Assembly (NCBI GenBank): GCA_965655095.1
Contig: OZ296652.1
Span: 73,408,001-73,472,000 of the forward strand
Origin: Haplodiscus bocki
Taxonomy: Eukaryota
Length of the DNA stretch: 64,000 nucleotides
Direction: 5' to 3'
This document shows, piece by piece, positions 27,701 through 41,700 of this stretch. A program made the translations under genes and the position numbers. The number at the start of each line of letters is the position of its first letter. The stretch's first letter is position 1. Under the pieces are notes generated by a model. It saw nothing but the letters and a program-made list of their open reading frames with translations. It had not been told where the DNA came from and made no database searches.

Positions 27701-30700
27701 ACCAATCAATTCCACTGTGAACACGTTTCTTGAGCAGCTTAATCGGTGCCGGATGTGGCGGACGAATCAAACTCCGATGCCGAGTTTCTTCCCTATCTGG
27801 GTCAATAATCAAGTAGCAGATGTTAGTCACGTTTTGATTATCAGTAAATTCCTTAGATCGAATCGGGAGCCATGGTCAATCGAGACAAAACAAACAGTTA
27901 CCAGACAACAATTTGGATAATAATCGTTTACGATAAAAAGGAATGGAAAACACTGATCCGTTAAAACTATGCTTTTCGGGAAACAGTTTGTGACTAAAGA
28001 GAAGAAACATCAAAGGCTATTTACAAAAGTTGCATTCAAAGAAGTGAGAAGAACAACGATTCAAATTCAACGATCCTGAAAAGAATTGAAAGTTTGTCCA
28101 AAACAGTGGTGTCCCAAATTGTCTGCTTTTGGTTGGCGCTGGGACACAATCAACATGTTCCATGCAGCTTTTCGGGTTCTTTCCAGAAGAAACATTCACC
28201 CTCTGTAGAGCTATATTCAACATCTGGATTCGTTGATGGGGTGTCTCATTTTGTCCCAGGAGCACTTATCGTCTACAAATCGCCCAAGTAATCCGGTAAA
28301 TTCTCAATTAATCAAGCCTCATCACGGTCCAGCTTTAACATCACTCTGCGTGCATGTATGGGTAATTTGAAACGACCTGCCAGATGTTCTTGTCAGCTGA
28401 ACTCTAGCTGCGACACTATCCGCAATGTCTATGTGAATAGCCTTTAAACTGTCAAGAGTTAGCTTCTCTTCGACAGACGTAAGTTGTTTGATATTACGAA
28501 CAGAAATTATGTACCTACACTCGTAAAAAGTGAAACGTTTATAACCTAGTGAATCGTTAAAAACTCATTTCCGATACCTTTGCTTGCAAAGTCATTTCAT
28601 TGCGCAAAAAATGCAAATTACGATTGAAGTTTCACTGACTGAAATATGAGAACAGAATTCTAATTCAGAGAAGCATTCGTAAAGCTTGAACTCTAATTCC
28701 TTGCTTGAGGACCAAAGACGACTCTGATAAGTCTCTCCCCCATCAAGTTCTGTTTGGACGTCTACATCAATGATAATGTGAAATTGGGTCTTAATGCCAT
28801 GCATGGAAAAAGCCTCAAGATTTACCTGGATACATGATTGGCGGAGAACATGGTGTTACATGTAGAAGCACGAGATAAATTGACGTATTTTGACTAAGAA
28901 TCCCAAAAGTTCACTACGTGTGGTTGTTACTTTTGATGTAGTTGAGCCGTGAAAAATCGCGTCGCGCGGGTGGTCAACTGCGTTTCAGTAAATTATACGA
29001 AATGTGAAACGACCTCCTTACTAAGCGCCTAGACTGTTTGGTGAACTAAAGTTATAACAAAGAGCCGTATAATTTCTGCAAGTCAATATTTAAGCTGTTG
29101 AGCTCTTGCATTCAATTCTTGAAAAATTTTCATTGTTCACATCAACATTTGATGGAGTTTCATGGAATAGCTTCCTTGACATATCCCAAACTGAAGGAAA
29201 ACTCATTAGAATACATTACAAAAACCTAACAAATAACGAAACGCACGTTTTTAACTTTTGAAAAAGAAGATGCAGAATTTTTTTGGATCAAGCAGTCAGC
29301 TCGGCAAAAGCCGCTTTCGAGAATTGTTGCAATAAAGCAGGAAACATCAATTTGGGACTTACTGAGCAAGAGAAGCAATTAACGGTTCGAATTTTATGAA
29401 AGCCCATGAACACAAAACACTTTTGACCAAGGCTTTTAAATTTTTCATTCTGTTTGAACTTTCATACTTTGTTCGCTTTGGATTGAATTTCTACTCCTTG
29501 TTTTGTTCAGCGGAAACTTGAGTATAATTCCTCTTTGGAAAACGGGTGAAGTTCTCTTGCAATGCCATAATAATCGATGATTTTTACAGCACATTCCGGA
29601 GTCTTTAATGAAGTTTAAAACAACTTTCATAATTAAATCTGTGCTCGGCAACCAAAACCAGGAGTGGGCTTAAATGCGCTGTTATGCCGCTCGAAAGAAT
29701 TCAACTAGAAACAACTTCTACTGCAAAGTTTGAGATTCGTCTGATCGTTTGTGGTGAGAATTTAACTCAAAGAAACGTACTAACGTTAGAGGATATCACA
29801 AAATTTTTTTAGTCAATGTAGTCCTGTTTTTTTTAAGTCAGACCAGGTGAAGCTCAGCGCTGAGACAATGGAGACTTCGATACGCGCTAGAATTTAATTT
29901 GAACATGGACAGAAACTCACGATTCAAACCGATGAAAGAAACGAAACAAAATTCGCAGAGAAAAATAGAAGGGTTGCTCTTCACACGAACCAACTTTCTA
30001 CGATTTTTTGACTCATCTATGGCAAATCTTAGGTGGTCCTAGCCGGGCATGTTTCCATTGTTTTTCATGGTACTGTAAGTGCTCACACTGTCGTTTTGTA
30101 TTCAGTGAATCTTGTTCGTTGGACAATACAATATGTAGTAGAAAAACATTCATTATCAAGGGATTTGTAAACATCGTTCATAATGCAATCCGAGGAACGC
30201 AAAAATCCGAAAAGGAAAAGTAACCAGGGGTAGAATATTCATTTTCGGACCGTAGTTATGAAAGACTTAAAAGAGTACGAATTGGCGAGATTTCAAAACT
30301 GTTGAATTTAAAAGATTTGATCTTCATCGATACCATTTGGCATACGTTGATAAGAAGTAATTTATTAATGACGATGAATATACCAGACAGTCCGTACATG
30401 TTTGAAGTGGGTTTTTGATTTCGCTGACCGATAAGTTCCACGATACCAACTTTGGCTGGAACTAAGCGAGAGTAGAGCCGTAGACCCAGGTGATCACGAG
30501 AACTTTCGTGATTTTTGTTGCAGTTGAGTAGCCAACCTGCACTGTTTTCGTTGGCTTTATCAGAGTTAATTAACGTGAACTTTTTCTGTTTGAGAAATAG
30601 AGCAAATTTATCAGCGCCATACAAACCAACGAATTTGACTTTCGAAAGCTTTCAGTGATGAATAGGTTGCCAAAGCCACTTCAACGATTTTCGGATTCAA

Positions 30701-33700
30701 TTTTTACTGCTGAAGAGATTGTTCTGTGAAACTTTCCGAACTGAGCTAATGTAGATTAAGGATTTTTTTTCTTATAAATTGAAAAAAAGTTCAATACTTT
30801 CACTGATTTCGGTTGAAAAACGGAGACTGATGGCTATAGAACCGGTGGTGAGATCAAGCGAGGTAATCATCAGAAGTTTTTTGGGTGCTAGTCAATTTCG
30901 AATCCAAAAGGTAGTGATTCGAAGATTCATCAAATGATACACACGTTGTTCAAAAGTTGAGCCTTCTAAAAAATAAGATACAACTTTTTTTTATCGTGTA
31001 TGCAAAGTTGTTCCAGCAATTGGCAAACCATTATGATTTTGTGCGAATGGAAACTTTCGGGATTGGTATGGCTTGCCTGGCTTTTGATACCCAGGAAATG
31101 CATCATTGGTACTCCCTGCAATTGCAATTGATTAACGGTTGAATTTACCTTCATGATACCAAATTTTGTTGGCTGTTGACTATGCGATGTTTTAGGTTAT
31201 ATCTCATTACAGCGATAGAGCATGAGTTTTGTTTGATCTCAATGTCCGATTGTGCGTTTTCACTAACTTTCGTTCTGCGCGCACACAGCTTCACTTGATT
31301 TTTTTGTACTCTTGGGCTTGGTAAGCGTAAATCAATCAGAAGTTGGGATGATTCCTCCGACTAGATGCGAAAGTTGAGACAGCTGGTGAAATATATATCG
31401 TATGAATGAAATCTGTGGCTTTGTTTTCTGATGAGTGCGACATTTTTTTATTCTCATTGTTTGCTAGGTCCTTTCGTGGAAACAGCCCTAGTAAACTCGT
31501 TAATATGTTTTCTTTGGACTTGGCTCTGACATGCCAACCAAGTTATTTTGACGTCTTTTGTGTAAAACCTCGGTAGTATTGAAAGCCTTCCGAGCATAGT
31601 TGGCATCGGCTGAAGTTTTGACACCATTTGCGGCTACACAACACCCAAATAAATAAAGAACAGAGAGTATTGTTTACGGAGAACGGTCAGTCAGATTTGT
31701 TCGCGCCGACTGCGTTGTAATTTTTTCGCTTTCAAATTTGACACTTTTACACTTGACTTCTGGTTAGATATTCTTCAAATCAATGAGGCTGTTACGGTAA
31801 GCAACTCTGTCAAACTCCAAATTGGGACCGTTTGGAACGTTTCCAGGCCCACTTTTTAACTCGAAAGAGGTCTCAAAAGTAAGAAGAGGTGAAGGACGTG
31901 CGAAAACTATAAGGTGTTTTGTTTCTAGGTAAAATTGTAGCCAACATTCTGGACTCGGGAGATGAAACTCAACAAACTTACTCTGGATCACTGTTCTGTA
32001 ACTTTCAGTTTCTGCGACTGGTAGAGTTATTGCTTTCCTGCTAGCTGTATGTTGGTGTTGGCTAATGTGGCATTTCACGAAGAAGGTTGATACGCTAGAA
32101 GCAAATGCTAGATAATCTCCCAATACGGTCCTCCACTTCTTCGGTGCATCCAATGAACAACCCAGCTCGGTTATTATCTGGCACTTCCTTGACGCCTAAA
32201 ACATCGAAAAAGTGCAGACTCGAACCATAGCTTTCACAATTTTTTTGCTCGAAGTTTTCTGACTAATTGAAGTCAGAAGATGCCTTGTGTCCCCTGTTGT
32301 GGGTTTTTGTGTTCCTCATCTGTCAAAGTGTTTTTGTTCAACCAGTTCTCGCTTCAAGTAATGCCATACGAAGCCACTTCCAGAGCGTTGTCATAGTGAG
32401 AGTTTGGTCTCTATCTGAAGAACTTTTTCGATGCTGTCGGGGAAAAGATCCCAGCAAGGGGGACCTGGCAACCACTTTCCAGTGTAAAGTTTTCTGCAGA
32501 GATTGCGAAAAGATACCGTTTTGTCGTCTCTGCAGGTCCCTTGAATCTGTTGAATCGAGTTGACTAGCTAATTAGTCCTTTTTCGAAAACTCCGCCTGAC
32601 GAGTCAAGATTCAAAAAATGTTGCTTTGAATTTTTCCACTTTAGTGTAGACAGGAATAAACAGTGGGATGAACTTAGCGAGCTCGTTAATTGTCAAATTT
32701 CCGTCGATGAAATTCTGTATCCTTTTCTAAAAGGGAGATCTTCCTTAGCATTTTGGACTGTATTACCAGTTTTAATTTTTGGTTTCGTGACAACACTCGA
32801 CTTTTAGGCTGCTATTGACTCTTTCTAGACCTGTTTCTTGCAAGTTTCTCGAAAGCTTACTCTGTAACTGTGTTTGTTTGGGAGTTGTTTGTCTTTACAA
32901 TTGACTGCTGCTTCGTAGTTTAAGGATGAGACCACCTGCTTTCTAAGTGCTCGGAAGATTTCGATTCTCCGGAATTCTTTAAAGAAAAGTTTTTAACCGA
33001 CAAATTGCCGTCCATGAACTGGATTGCTCCATTGCAGAGTTCGATGACGGAAATGGTTTTAAAGTGAATATAACTTGCGTGTGATTGAAGCTTGTGTTGA
33101 AAATTGATTTTTCTGTTCCTTCTGCACGTTTTTCCATTTTGATAGAGATGGCCGAAATGAATGTGTTCAGACACAAAAGAGCAATAGTTGATTGCATGAG
33201 ACTCTAGCTAGGCTCGCCAGATTAACATAAAGCTTCCTCTGCTGACCGGCTTGGAAACTAATGCTGACAGCTTTATCAAGCTGGTTTGTGTTGAAGGGGA
33301 ATTCCAACGGTTTTGAATTTTGAAAACTGAGATTTCAATTGCTGAGAGCAGGAACTTCGAGAGAATTCAATGAAAATTGTGCGCAGAATATTCCTCTTCG
33401 TAGAGCAAATGAAATCCGAAAACCAAAGAAAAGGCTTCTAGCACGTTCATTCCATCGTATTGTTGTTGATGAAGTGTCTTGTCATCCATTCAACTGATCA
33501 AGAAAAGATGACCTGCCATTACTCTTGATGACTTAGTCTGTAAGAGTTCGAACACTTGTACCAAACTTTGTGGCGGGTAAAAATTTGCTGATTAGGATCG
33601 ACTTCTTTTTTGTCCAACTCGTCTTAACTCTCAGATGTTCCAAAATTTGCAGATGTTCCAAGATTTGCAGATGTTCCTACCGGATTCTGTAACGTTTACC

Positions 33701-35777
33701 TTCCTCCTTTTAGTCGTTTTTGCCCAAATTTTCATTGCAATTGGCCTTCCTTCCGTTTTCCGTATTTTCCGTAGATATTCATAAGAAGGACCAAAATTTG
33801 GTAGCTTCTCTTCAATGTGTTTTTGTGGCGTATACTTTCGGTAGAAATCGCATGTCACATCTTGTGCGACCTGTCGACTATTCAATTACTTTTTTCGCAG
33901 TGCGATATTTTTTTTCGAAAAAAAAAGTTTTTGGCAGAAAAACGGGGGTTATCATTGCAAAATATGCCTTATGGCGGCTTGAAGTTTGCGAAGTAATCAG
34001 AGGCGTGCGCTTTTTTTATGTTTCTCTTAAGGTGCATCTGTTGGATTGAAGTAATGTATTGATTTGAATTCTTTCGACAATCCACCCAGAAGTACTGAAA
34101 TCGGTTTCTTTTCGTTTTGAGATTTTGGCATGAAGATTACTGTTTCGGCTTTGCAGCGAATTTTCATTTGTGTTGTTCCAAGTTATTGAATTGATTCTTG
34201 TTTGCGTTGGCAGCTTTGCGGAGCTCTTCTTCGCCTGTGTGCTAAACTTGCGTATATAGGAGTTGTATTGCAGGCTTAAGTTTCCTTTTCCGATCAGCTC
34301 GCAACTTGCATTTGTTTCAAGGTTCCAATGTTTACACATTTTGTTCATGCGCTTTGGCTTTTTTTGCAAAATTTCTCTCATGTGCTTTCGCGCAATTGTA
34401 TTTTTTTCCACATGGCCTACTTTCTATCGTGTGCGCTGGTTTTGAGTATAATGCAAGTCATCTACTATAGTCCTTCATGCTTGTTCCAGTGGTAAATGAG
34501 GGTGTTACTGAATTCATTTAATTGTCTTTAATTGCTTAATCAGTAGTTTTTGTGGTACCTTGGCGCCTTCAAAAAGTAGTTGTACTTGTTCAATTTGTTG
34601 ATTGATTTTCCGTCGGCCAATCTGCTTTCCGCAGGTTTGCGTCTGTTGATAAATGGGTGAAGAAACTTCGTGCCTCAGAAGTTTGATATTGGATTGAAGA
34701 GCAGTGAGATGACATGGTGTGAAAACATTGTTTTTAATTTTTTTCTCTGTTTTGACGAAATGTCTGTGTTTTCTACATGAAATTTAACTGGTGCCACAAG
34801 TACTTTTCACACTCCTCACCACTTCAGATAGAATGCAATGCAGTTACACCTGGCAATGCTTATATCTGGACGGAAAAGTCTTCACCGTCATTCAATCAAT
34901 TTCCTTCGTAAAATGGAGTAAATGTGTTAAAAAGTTTCTAATTGGCCACACAGATTTAATAGTAGTTGATTGTAGAATGTATTTGGATGTATTTTGATTT
35001 TCGTGAAACTCGCAAACCGAAAGCACTACGAGTTAAATATGGGAGAAACCCGACAATTGAACCCAAGAAAAAATAGTTGTGTTTGCTATTCCCATCAACG
35101 AGTACAACTGAAGTCAATATTTTAAATCTCGAAAATTTAGTTTGCCAAAAAATCGTATTAGCATTCAACCGTTGGAAAACCGCTTGAATCTCAGTATTGA
35201 CACGTTGCAGACCATACACGTCCCGATGTGGATGCGTCATTGATTGTTTTAGGAAGTGGTTGATTTCGAAGACTTGTCCAAGGCTAAAGAATTGTTCGCC
35301 GGCTGTGATGTTGGATATTGTGCGATGGGATCTGCACGAAGTGAACACGGAAAAGAAGTTTTTCTGAAAGTGGATTACGAATACACGATGAGTGTTGCAA
35401 AAATTGCGAAAGAACAGGGCTGTAAACAGTACCATCTGATATCTTCAATGAATGCCTCTACTACCAGTAAAATTTTGTACCTGAAGATCAAGGGAAAAGT
35501 GGAAGCTGAAATCGGAGAGCTTGGATTTGATCAATTTTACATCTACAGACCTGCTCTAATTTTGCGTGGAGAGAAAACCCGGGCTGTAGAGAAAGCTTAT
35601 GGATGGATGATAAAACCAGTAACTTGTTTCAAACCCGAATGGGGACAAGTGTCGATAGAAGTACTGGCGAAATCTGCGATCAAAAAATCCGAGAATTTTG
35701 GCGATGATGGAACCACTAAAGTGAATATCCTCGAAAATGCAGATATTCATAAAGTCGCCAAGGAACTAACGGTTTGA
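21596..35777 (+). CDS. HTATIP2: Oxidoreductase HTATIP2/TIP30-like SDR protein, paralogue b; exons 21596-21763 and 35253-35777, 230 aa
   Basis: Same exon 1 peptide as paralogue a; phase-0 13.5-kb intron CAG|GTAGGA ... ttttag|GAA; exon 2 has VDFEDL, KVDYEY, YLKIK, IYRPALIL. Confidence 0.92.
21984..22042 (+). mobile_element. tRNA-like SINE head, related to 57790-57855
   Basis: Shares ctagagggtaggac with the reverse complement of the 57.8-kb copy, followed by B-box-like gggttggatac. Confidence 0.3.
24550..25720. repeat. Decayed short-period minisatellite-like tract
   Basis: Many variants of (g)ggcagcattttt / gcgttt / cgatac recur throughout; the minus strand gives Lys-rich broken ORFs. Confidence 0.55.
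30300..32500 (-). mobile_element. Possible highly decayed APE-type LINE ORF2 relic inside the HTATIP2-b intron
   Basis: Minus-strand motifs in the expected order: GIT*SENWLN (~32365, like ITETWL), VLGDY (~32120, like LGDFN), LKWLW..KVKFVG (~30670), SRDHLGLRL (~30490, like QGS.LGPLL). All are weak. Confidence 0.3.
33632..33677. repeat. 18-bp tandem repeat, ~2.5 copies (cagatgttccaaRatttg)
   Basis: Directly visible in the sequence. Confidence 0.8.
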
Positions 35778-38700
35778 TCAAAGAGTGTTCTTCTTTGGTC
35801 TTTTGGAATGCTGTAGTGTTTGTTTTTCTGTTTCTCCTTTTCAAGAGAAAGTAATCTGTTATCCTTTCAATATATTTTTTTAATTTGTAAGATACTTCAT
35901 TTTTGTAGAGTGCTAGATGAAAAAATATCAAAAAATAATTTTGTTACCGCTTTGAGCCTCAAATTTGGCATGAGAATTTTAATACAAAGTTTATCAATTC
36001 GTTTTTACATTGGAAGCGCGAAATCTTTAACCTGAGATTCGTTCCAACTATTTTCCTGAAAATAGTTAGCTTTTTAAGCTGGCAGCTCCAAACTAGCATT
36101 TATTGCAAATGGCGAATATTGCAAACATATAATTCTATGTTTCGCTCACAGTGTTGAGCTTAATCCGCTGGTAGAGAAAACTTCCAATACTAGTCAAAGT
36201 TTCAAGAATCTCATAAAATGTCATTTTTGGCATCTTATAAATGCAAATGAAGGGCAAAAAATACGAAGTAAAAGATGCGACCACTAAAACTGATAGCGAT
36301 TTATTTGAGCTTTTTTGGGCGCAATTTTTCAATGAATATTGCTCGGAAAGCGATCATCTATTTTCGTTTTGGATATTCGCAAATTGTAAGATCTGCGTTG
36401 AGCTACTGTACTTTGTTTTTTTTTTTTGCATAAATACAGGAATATTTTAAACTAAACTTCTGAATTCAAGTTTTGTTTAGCAGGATGTTGTCTTCGAAAA
36501 TGAATCTCTTCATCAAAACTGTCTTGGTTACAGTTGACCATATTCAGTTCAAGTTGGCGCCGTCCCGAAAATCTGCCCTGAGCTGAGGATCTCTGTTTTT
36601 TTCCGAAAAATTTCAACAAACAACAGTACCTCTACCTCAATAATGGTTTTTCAATTGAACGATCCGTATTTTGGCATTTTTTCTGATGCCGGAATTCTTC
36701 CTTATCAGCTGATATCAGAAGGTTTTTCGTAATTTTATGTCAAAATAGCAGATAATTTATTTAGCAGAATGATGTTTTCGAAAGTGATTGCCTGAACACA
36801 TTCGATTGCAGCCCTTCCCTTTTAATGCAGCTTTTTAAAAATGGCGAAAAACCAGGATTATTCATTCCCATAGCTTGTGAAAACTTGTCGAAATCTGAAC
36901 TTTGGCCTTTTCGAACAAAATAAAATATATTTAGGATTTTTGCGAAGCTCCGCTTCACCTCCATGTTACATTTGCGATAGCAAGTGTCAAGAAACAGATG
37001 CGATAGGACTCTTTTCTGACCATGGACTGCTCTCTGAATTTGCATGTTCGCTTGCATTGTGCTTCTTTGCTACTTGATTGAAATCTTTCGCCACAACGGT
37101 TTTGTCAGGAAAAAGACTGTTCACTGTAAAATATGCCGCAATGGAAAGATTATGCTGATAAAGGTACACTTTAATTGCAACAAATTGGTTCTTTTCTCTC
37201 AACTGTTTTTCTCGATGCTACCGGTGCGATTGCAATACGCAAGTTTTTAATTCAAAGCTTACAATGTGGAAGATCCGATGAGAAGCAGCGAAGTCCCGTG
37301 TTATGCTCTTCAATCGAGATATCTTGTTCTCCAGATTGCAATTCGACAATTTTTCACTAGTTTTTTCACAATCTGAAATTTGACTGAGAGGAAGATTGTG
37401 TCTTGCAAACCTCTGCTTAGTTTCTTTTAATCCTGTTCAAACTATACTTTTTTGACGTCACCAGAGAGTTTTGTCATCTAGTGTAACCAGTCAGAAACGT
37501 TTTTTTTTGATTTTTGGTAGGTACTTATTCATTTTTACGTTATTTACACTCCAAGTCTCTCAGAAATTGGGTGACAAAGTTGCGTAACCTGATCAACACG
37601 ACTGAAATATCAATGTGAGCAGTGTGTTAGATTTCCCCAAAAAAGCGTTACATATGAAACTGCGATGTTTCAGTGGTTAATATTAGTAAACAAAATATCG
37701 GAACTTCTTTCAAATCGGCACATACCGCCTGCCAGTCATCGAAATTGACACTGAATCACAAATTGTGAAATGGATCACTTTAGCTTCAGATTATGAAAGT
37801 TGTTAACTCCTATTTAATCGAATTCGTGAAAGTTTGTTGATATTTTAACTAAGTGTTGCACGTCCTCATGATTGACAAGTGAGATTAGAATGTTTTGAAG
37901 CTGTTGTGGCGTCTGGTTGACTAATATTAAACTATTTGAGAGCTCGACAGTGTTTTTTGATTTCTGCGTAGTTAATAAGTAAATCTTTTGAGTATTTTAA
38001 ACATAGAAATACTTAACGGTGAATCTAAAAAAGCATTACTGAGATATCAACTTTTTCAGTATGACACTCTGACTACTTTTCGTTTCAGTTCGACAATTTT
38101 GAATAACTTTTTCATAGACATTTGTTTTTGTATTTGTTGAAGTGTCAATTATGTATCCGATCAAAGTTTGAATTTCTCAAGACCTCTGACAAGTAAATTT
38201 ATCTGAACTGAAGTTGGATTGTGTTGCGAAGTTTGCTTCACCTATGTGTAAAATTGTTTTTGTTCAAAACTACAGCTTGAATTTCTGTCATCTCGTGCTG
38301 ATTCAAATGCCCGCATTTTGTAGATGCTGGGAAGAAGCTGAGAAGTCCTGATTCATACTTTTCACGCGCTGTATCTTCACTCTTATTCGTCATCCGAAGT
38401 TTTTCACGTTTTTGTTACGAAGTTGTTTTCCTCGAAGACTGCCGTTTGGATTGCGGGGATGCGGTTCTCGTTAAGAAATCTGCGTTTATGGGAATCTCTG
38501 GGGGGTCCTCAATGTCCTGCTTACTTACTTTTTATATTCTTTGACACGTATTTTGACATTCCAAACATGCTTGCGGCAATATCGGAGAATTTTTCCACAA
38601 GACTCTGACGTCTTCTGGCTTCTATTGCTCATTCGGATACTGCAGGTTTTTTTTTGCGCAGCATGATTGATAGCTTGTCCTATACTTTTTTCACCTGTCT

Positions 38701-41700
38701 TGCATCTTGAATTTCGAAGATTTTGAAACTTTCATGGTTGTCTTTTCGAATTTTTTTTCGGCATCCGGGGATTTCTTTGCTGCCATTCAGTGCTTAACTT
38801 GAATCCTAGTAAATAGGGTTGCTATTAAACAGGTTTTTTTCCCATTTACTTTTCTTCAGTGAAAACACTTGTCGTGTAAAGTGTGCTATAACGAAAAGTT
38901 TATTCTTAAGAATCAAATGAGTTTTCGTTGTCTGGCAATTAGTCGATGCAGTTTCTCACCTTCTCCCAAGTGTATGCGAAGCACAGCTACGCATCTGTTA
39001 GACGTTACGGCTTATTGATTTCTAATCTTTCCTCCAGTCAGAAGTGTACCGCACAGCTATAGAGAATGAATATCGTATCGAGTAAAAATGTGTCGGCCTA
39101 CGATAACCTGTTTGGGACCTCCTGGATGTGAATTTTTATCCTCATCATCATTGTACGGCGACTTCAAAGTAGAGGGTGGGCTCCATTGTTGAATATTTTG
39201 AAGAACATTTTTTGCACACCTAGTTCTTGAGATTTTGAAGTGCAAAAACTTTAATTTTTGCCGTTTCATTTAGTTAAAGATATTACAGTTTTTTCAACTT
39301 CAGGTTCTGCGATGTAATTCGGTTCACATTTGATTATGTGCTGCGTTATTCCAATTTTCTCTTGAAGTTTCATGCTAATGATTTTTGCTCTTTTCAAAGT
39401 TATCTGTGTAATATCTTTTTCAGTAAGGCTTAATGTGTAGCGTTGGTGCCTATATTTCAAAATCTCCATTTTGTATGAGTACTGTATTTCTTCGAATGAA
39501 AGCTAAAGTCCACATTTTTTGTCGGTGCTTTACTTTTGTACAGCGACGCGTTCTTTAATGTCGAAAGTGTTGTTTCAAAGCTAAAACAACTCGTCACTTA
39601 TTCGACGGGTTTTTCTGATTTACTCAGAAACGTCACGTCATCACGTTATACTATTTACTAATGTTCATATGTGGTGCGAAATTTCGTCAAATTCAATACT
39701 TTGTCGATTTCAAATCATACATGTCCAAAGCACCTAAATTTTCATTGGAATTACTATGGCATGCAAAATTTTGGTTGCGATCCGAAGTTTCTTCAAAAGT
39801 TTACTGTGAAAAAAAATCGAAAAAACGAGTGAGTTTAGGTTATTCAGCTGATGTCATTTTTGAAGTCCTAACCTTTGGTGTTTGAGCCCTCATATACCCT
39901 ATTTTTGAAGGACGAAACAGGAAGACTTCATGTATAAATTTTGATTTTTTCCAGAACGTGTTGCAAAAGAAACCTGAAAATTGAGCGGTTTTGAGGACTT
40001 GGTAATAGTAGGAGCCGTACATCTTCATTTCTTTGCTCCCAGTGCTCATATGTTTTTGATGTGGAAATGTTGAGGGTTTTATTGAAAGGATTGTCGAAAT
40101 AACCCTGAGGGACAATCATTTTTCAAAGACGTGTACTCGACTTGAACTGCTATTTTTTGCACCTAGGCGTCCATTTCTGTCTTTGAAGACATAAACCAAA
40201 CAGTCCATTTTTTGAAATATAGTTATCAGTTGACTTTATGATGAAAATTTGAAAATTGCGCTTTTTCGTCTTTCCGGCGAAACTAACCTGAATTAATATG
40301 CTCTACTCAAACTTATGAACACTCAAGTGGCCCAATTCTTTGTTTAAGTTGACAAGGAGAGGCACGTGCATCTTATTCACAAACGTGTATCCCCGTAGAA
40401 ATCATTATCCTAATAATTTTTTGTGCGGAACTTTAAAAAATGCCATTTTTGTGAAAATGTCAGTTTTTTGAAACCTCATATATACACCTTTGCAGAGCCA
40501 TAACGGTAAGAGCTTGCACTGAGGTGTTCTTATGTTTGCTTTTCTTCCAGTTTACTTTAGTTTTAATGGGATCATATGCGCAAAACATTGAAAGCTAATC
40601 ATTTTCTCGGAGTTTTTTTGAAAAATGCATATTCTGAAGACCTGTTTGTTTTTCGATTTCGCTAGAAAACTAAAAATTGGGCGTTTACGGCACGATGGGA
40701 GCACTGCTTCTTCATGCTCATATTTTGTGCCATCACAATCTCTTAGTGGTGGGTTCCGGTGTTTGGAAAATAATGACTTTTGATGTTTTGCTTCAAAGGT
40801 TCTTATCCGTCTCCTTCCTTTCATAAAGGCCGGATTGCTGCAGTTCTTGCCTAAACGACACAATGAATCACTAAATTGCCCTGCAAAAGTAATCGGCTGG
40901 TATGCGACTATATATCGGCCGGTTTTTTATGACGGAAATATCAGAAGATGGTTCTAAAGGATATCTAAATACTATTATTTAGTGAGAAGTGGAAAAACAT
41001 GGCATTTTTTGGTTGTTGTTCTGAAAGTGTTCCATGAGCCTAGCATTAAGCTTCTAGGTGTGTATTCTTAGGCGAGCGGAGCGAAGCTTATTCGCACAAG
41101 GACACGTCAAATTGATTTCGTTTTTTCTCCGTCCGTGACATCCCTCTGCGTTTCATCTCTTCAAATGTAATTTTCTCGGCAACCATTGGCCGTATTTATG
41201 AACACCACAAGGGGTTCACGATCTATCATATTCGGAATTTTTAACATGTTGTGTAGTTATCTGGATAAATACTTTTTCGGTCAGTCTTTGTCAAAAAAAG
41301 CGGAAATTTTTGAATTTTTTTGACACAGATGTGACGTTCCCCATTGCCCACAGTGTTTCTTAACTTTGGCGCTCATTTTCTACAAACGCATTTGTAGGAT
41401 CCGTTTGCTTATTGCTTAGCTGCACTAGCAATGTCGAAATTGACCGGGGCCGAATTTTGCGGATGACGAATTTTTTTGCCGGCGAGTTTTTGGCAAAAAT
41501 AATTGAAAACCCAGATTTTTTCAGAGGGCAAGTATCACTTTGTCGCATTTCTCTGGCCTACTATCCCATTTGTGGCATCAAAATAATTGTTAGGCGATGG
41601 AATTTGAAGCGTTAGTTGCTTTCAGTTTTTAGCCGATATTTTTCTGATTTTTTACAATATTTTGACCGAAAATTTTTGTGCAAAAAAAGCATTTTCAAAT

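Noticed and set aside
34016-34411. ORF with SGWIVERI, reminiscent of a Polinton-type GSGW motif
   Set aside because: One short motif with no supporting downstream motifs.
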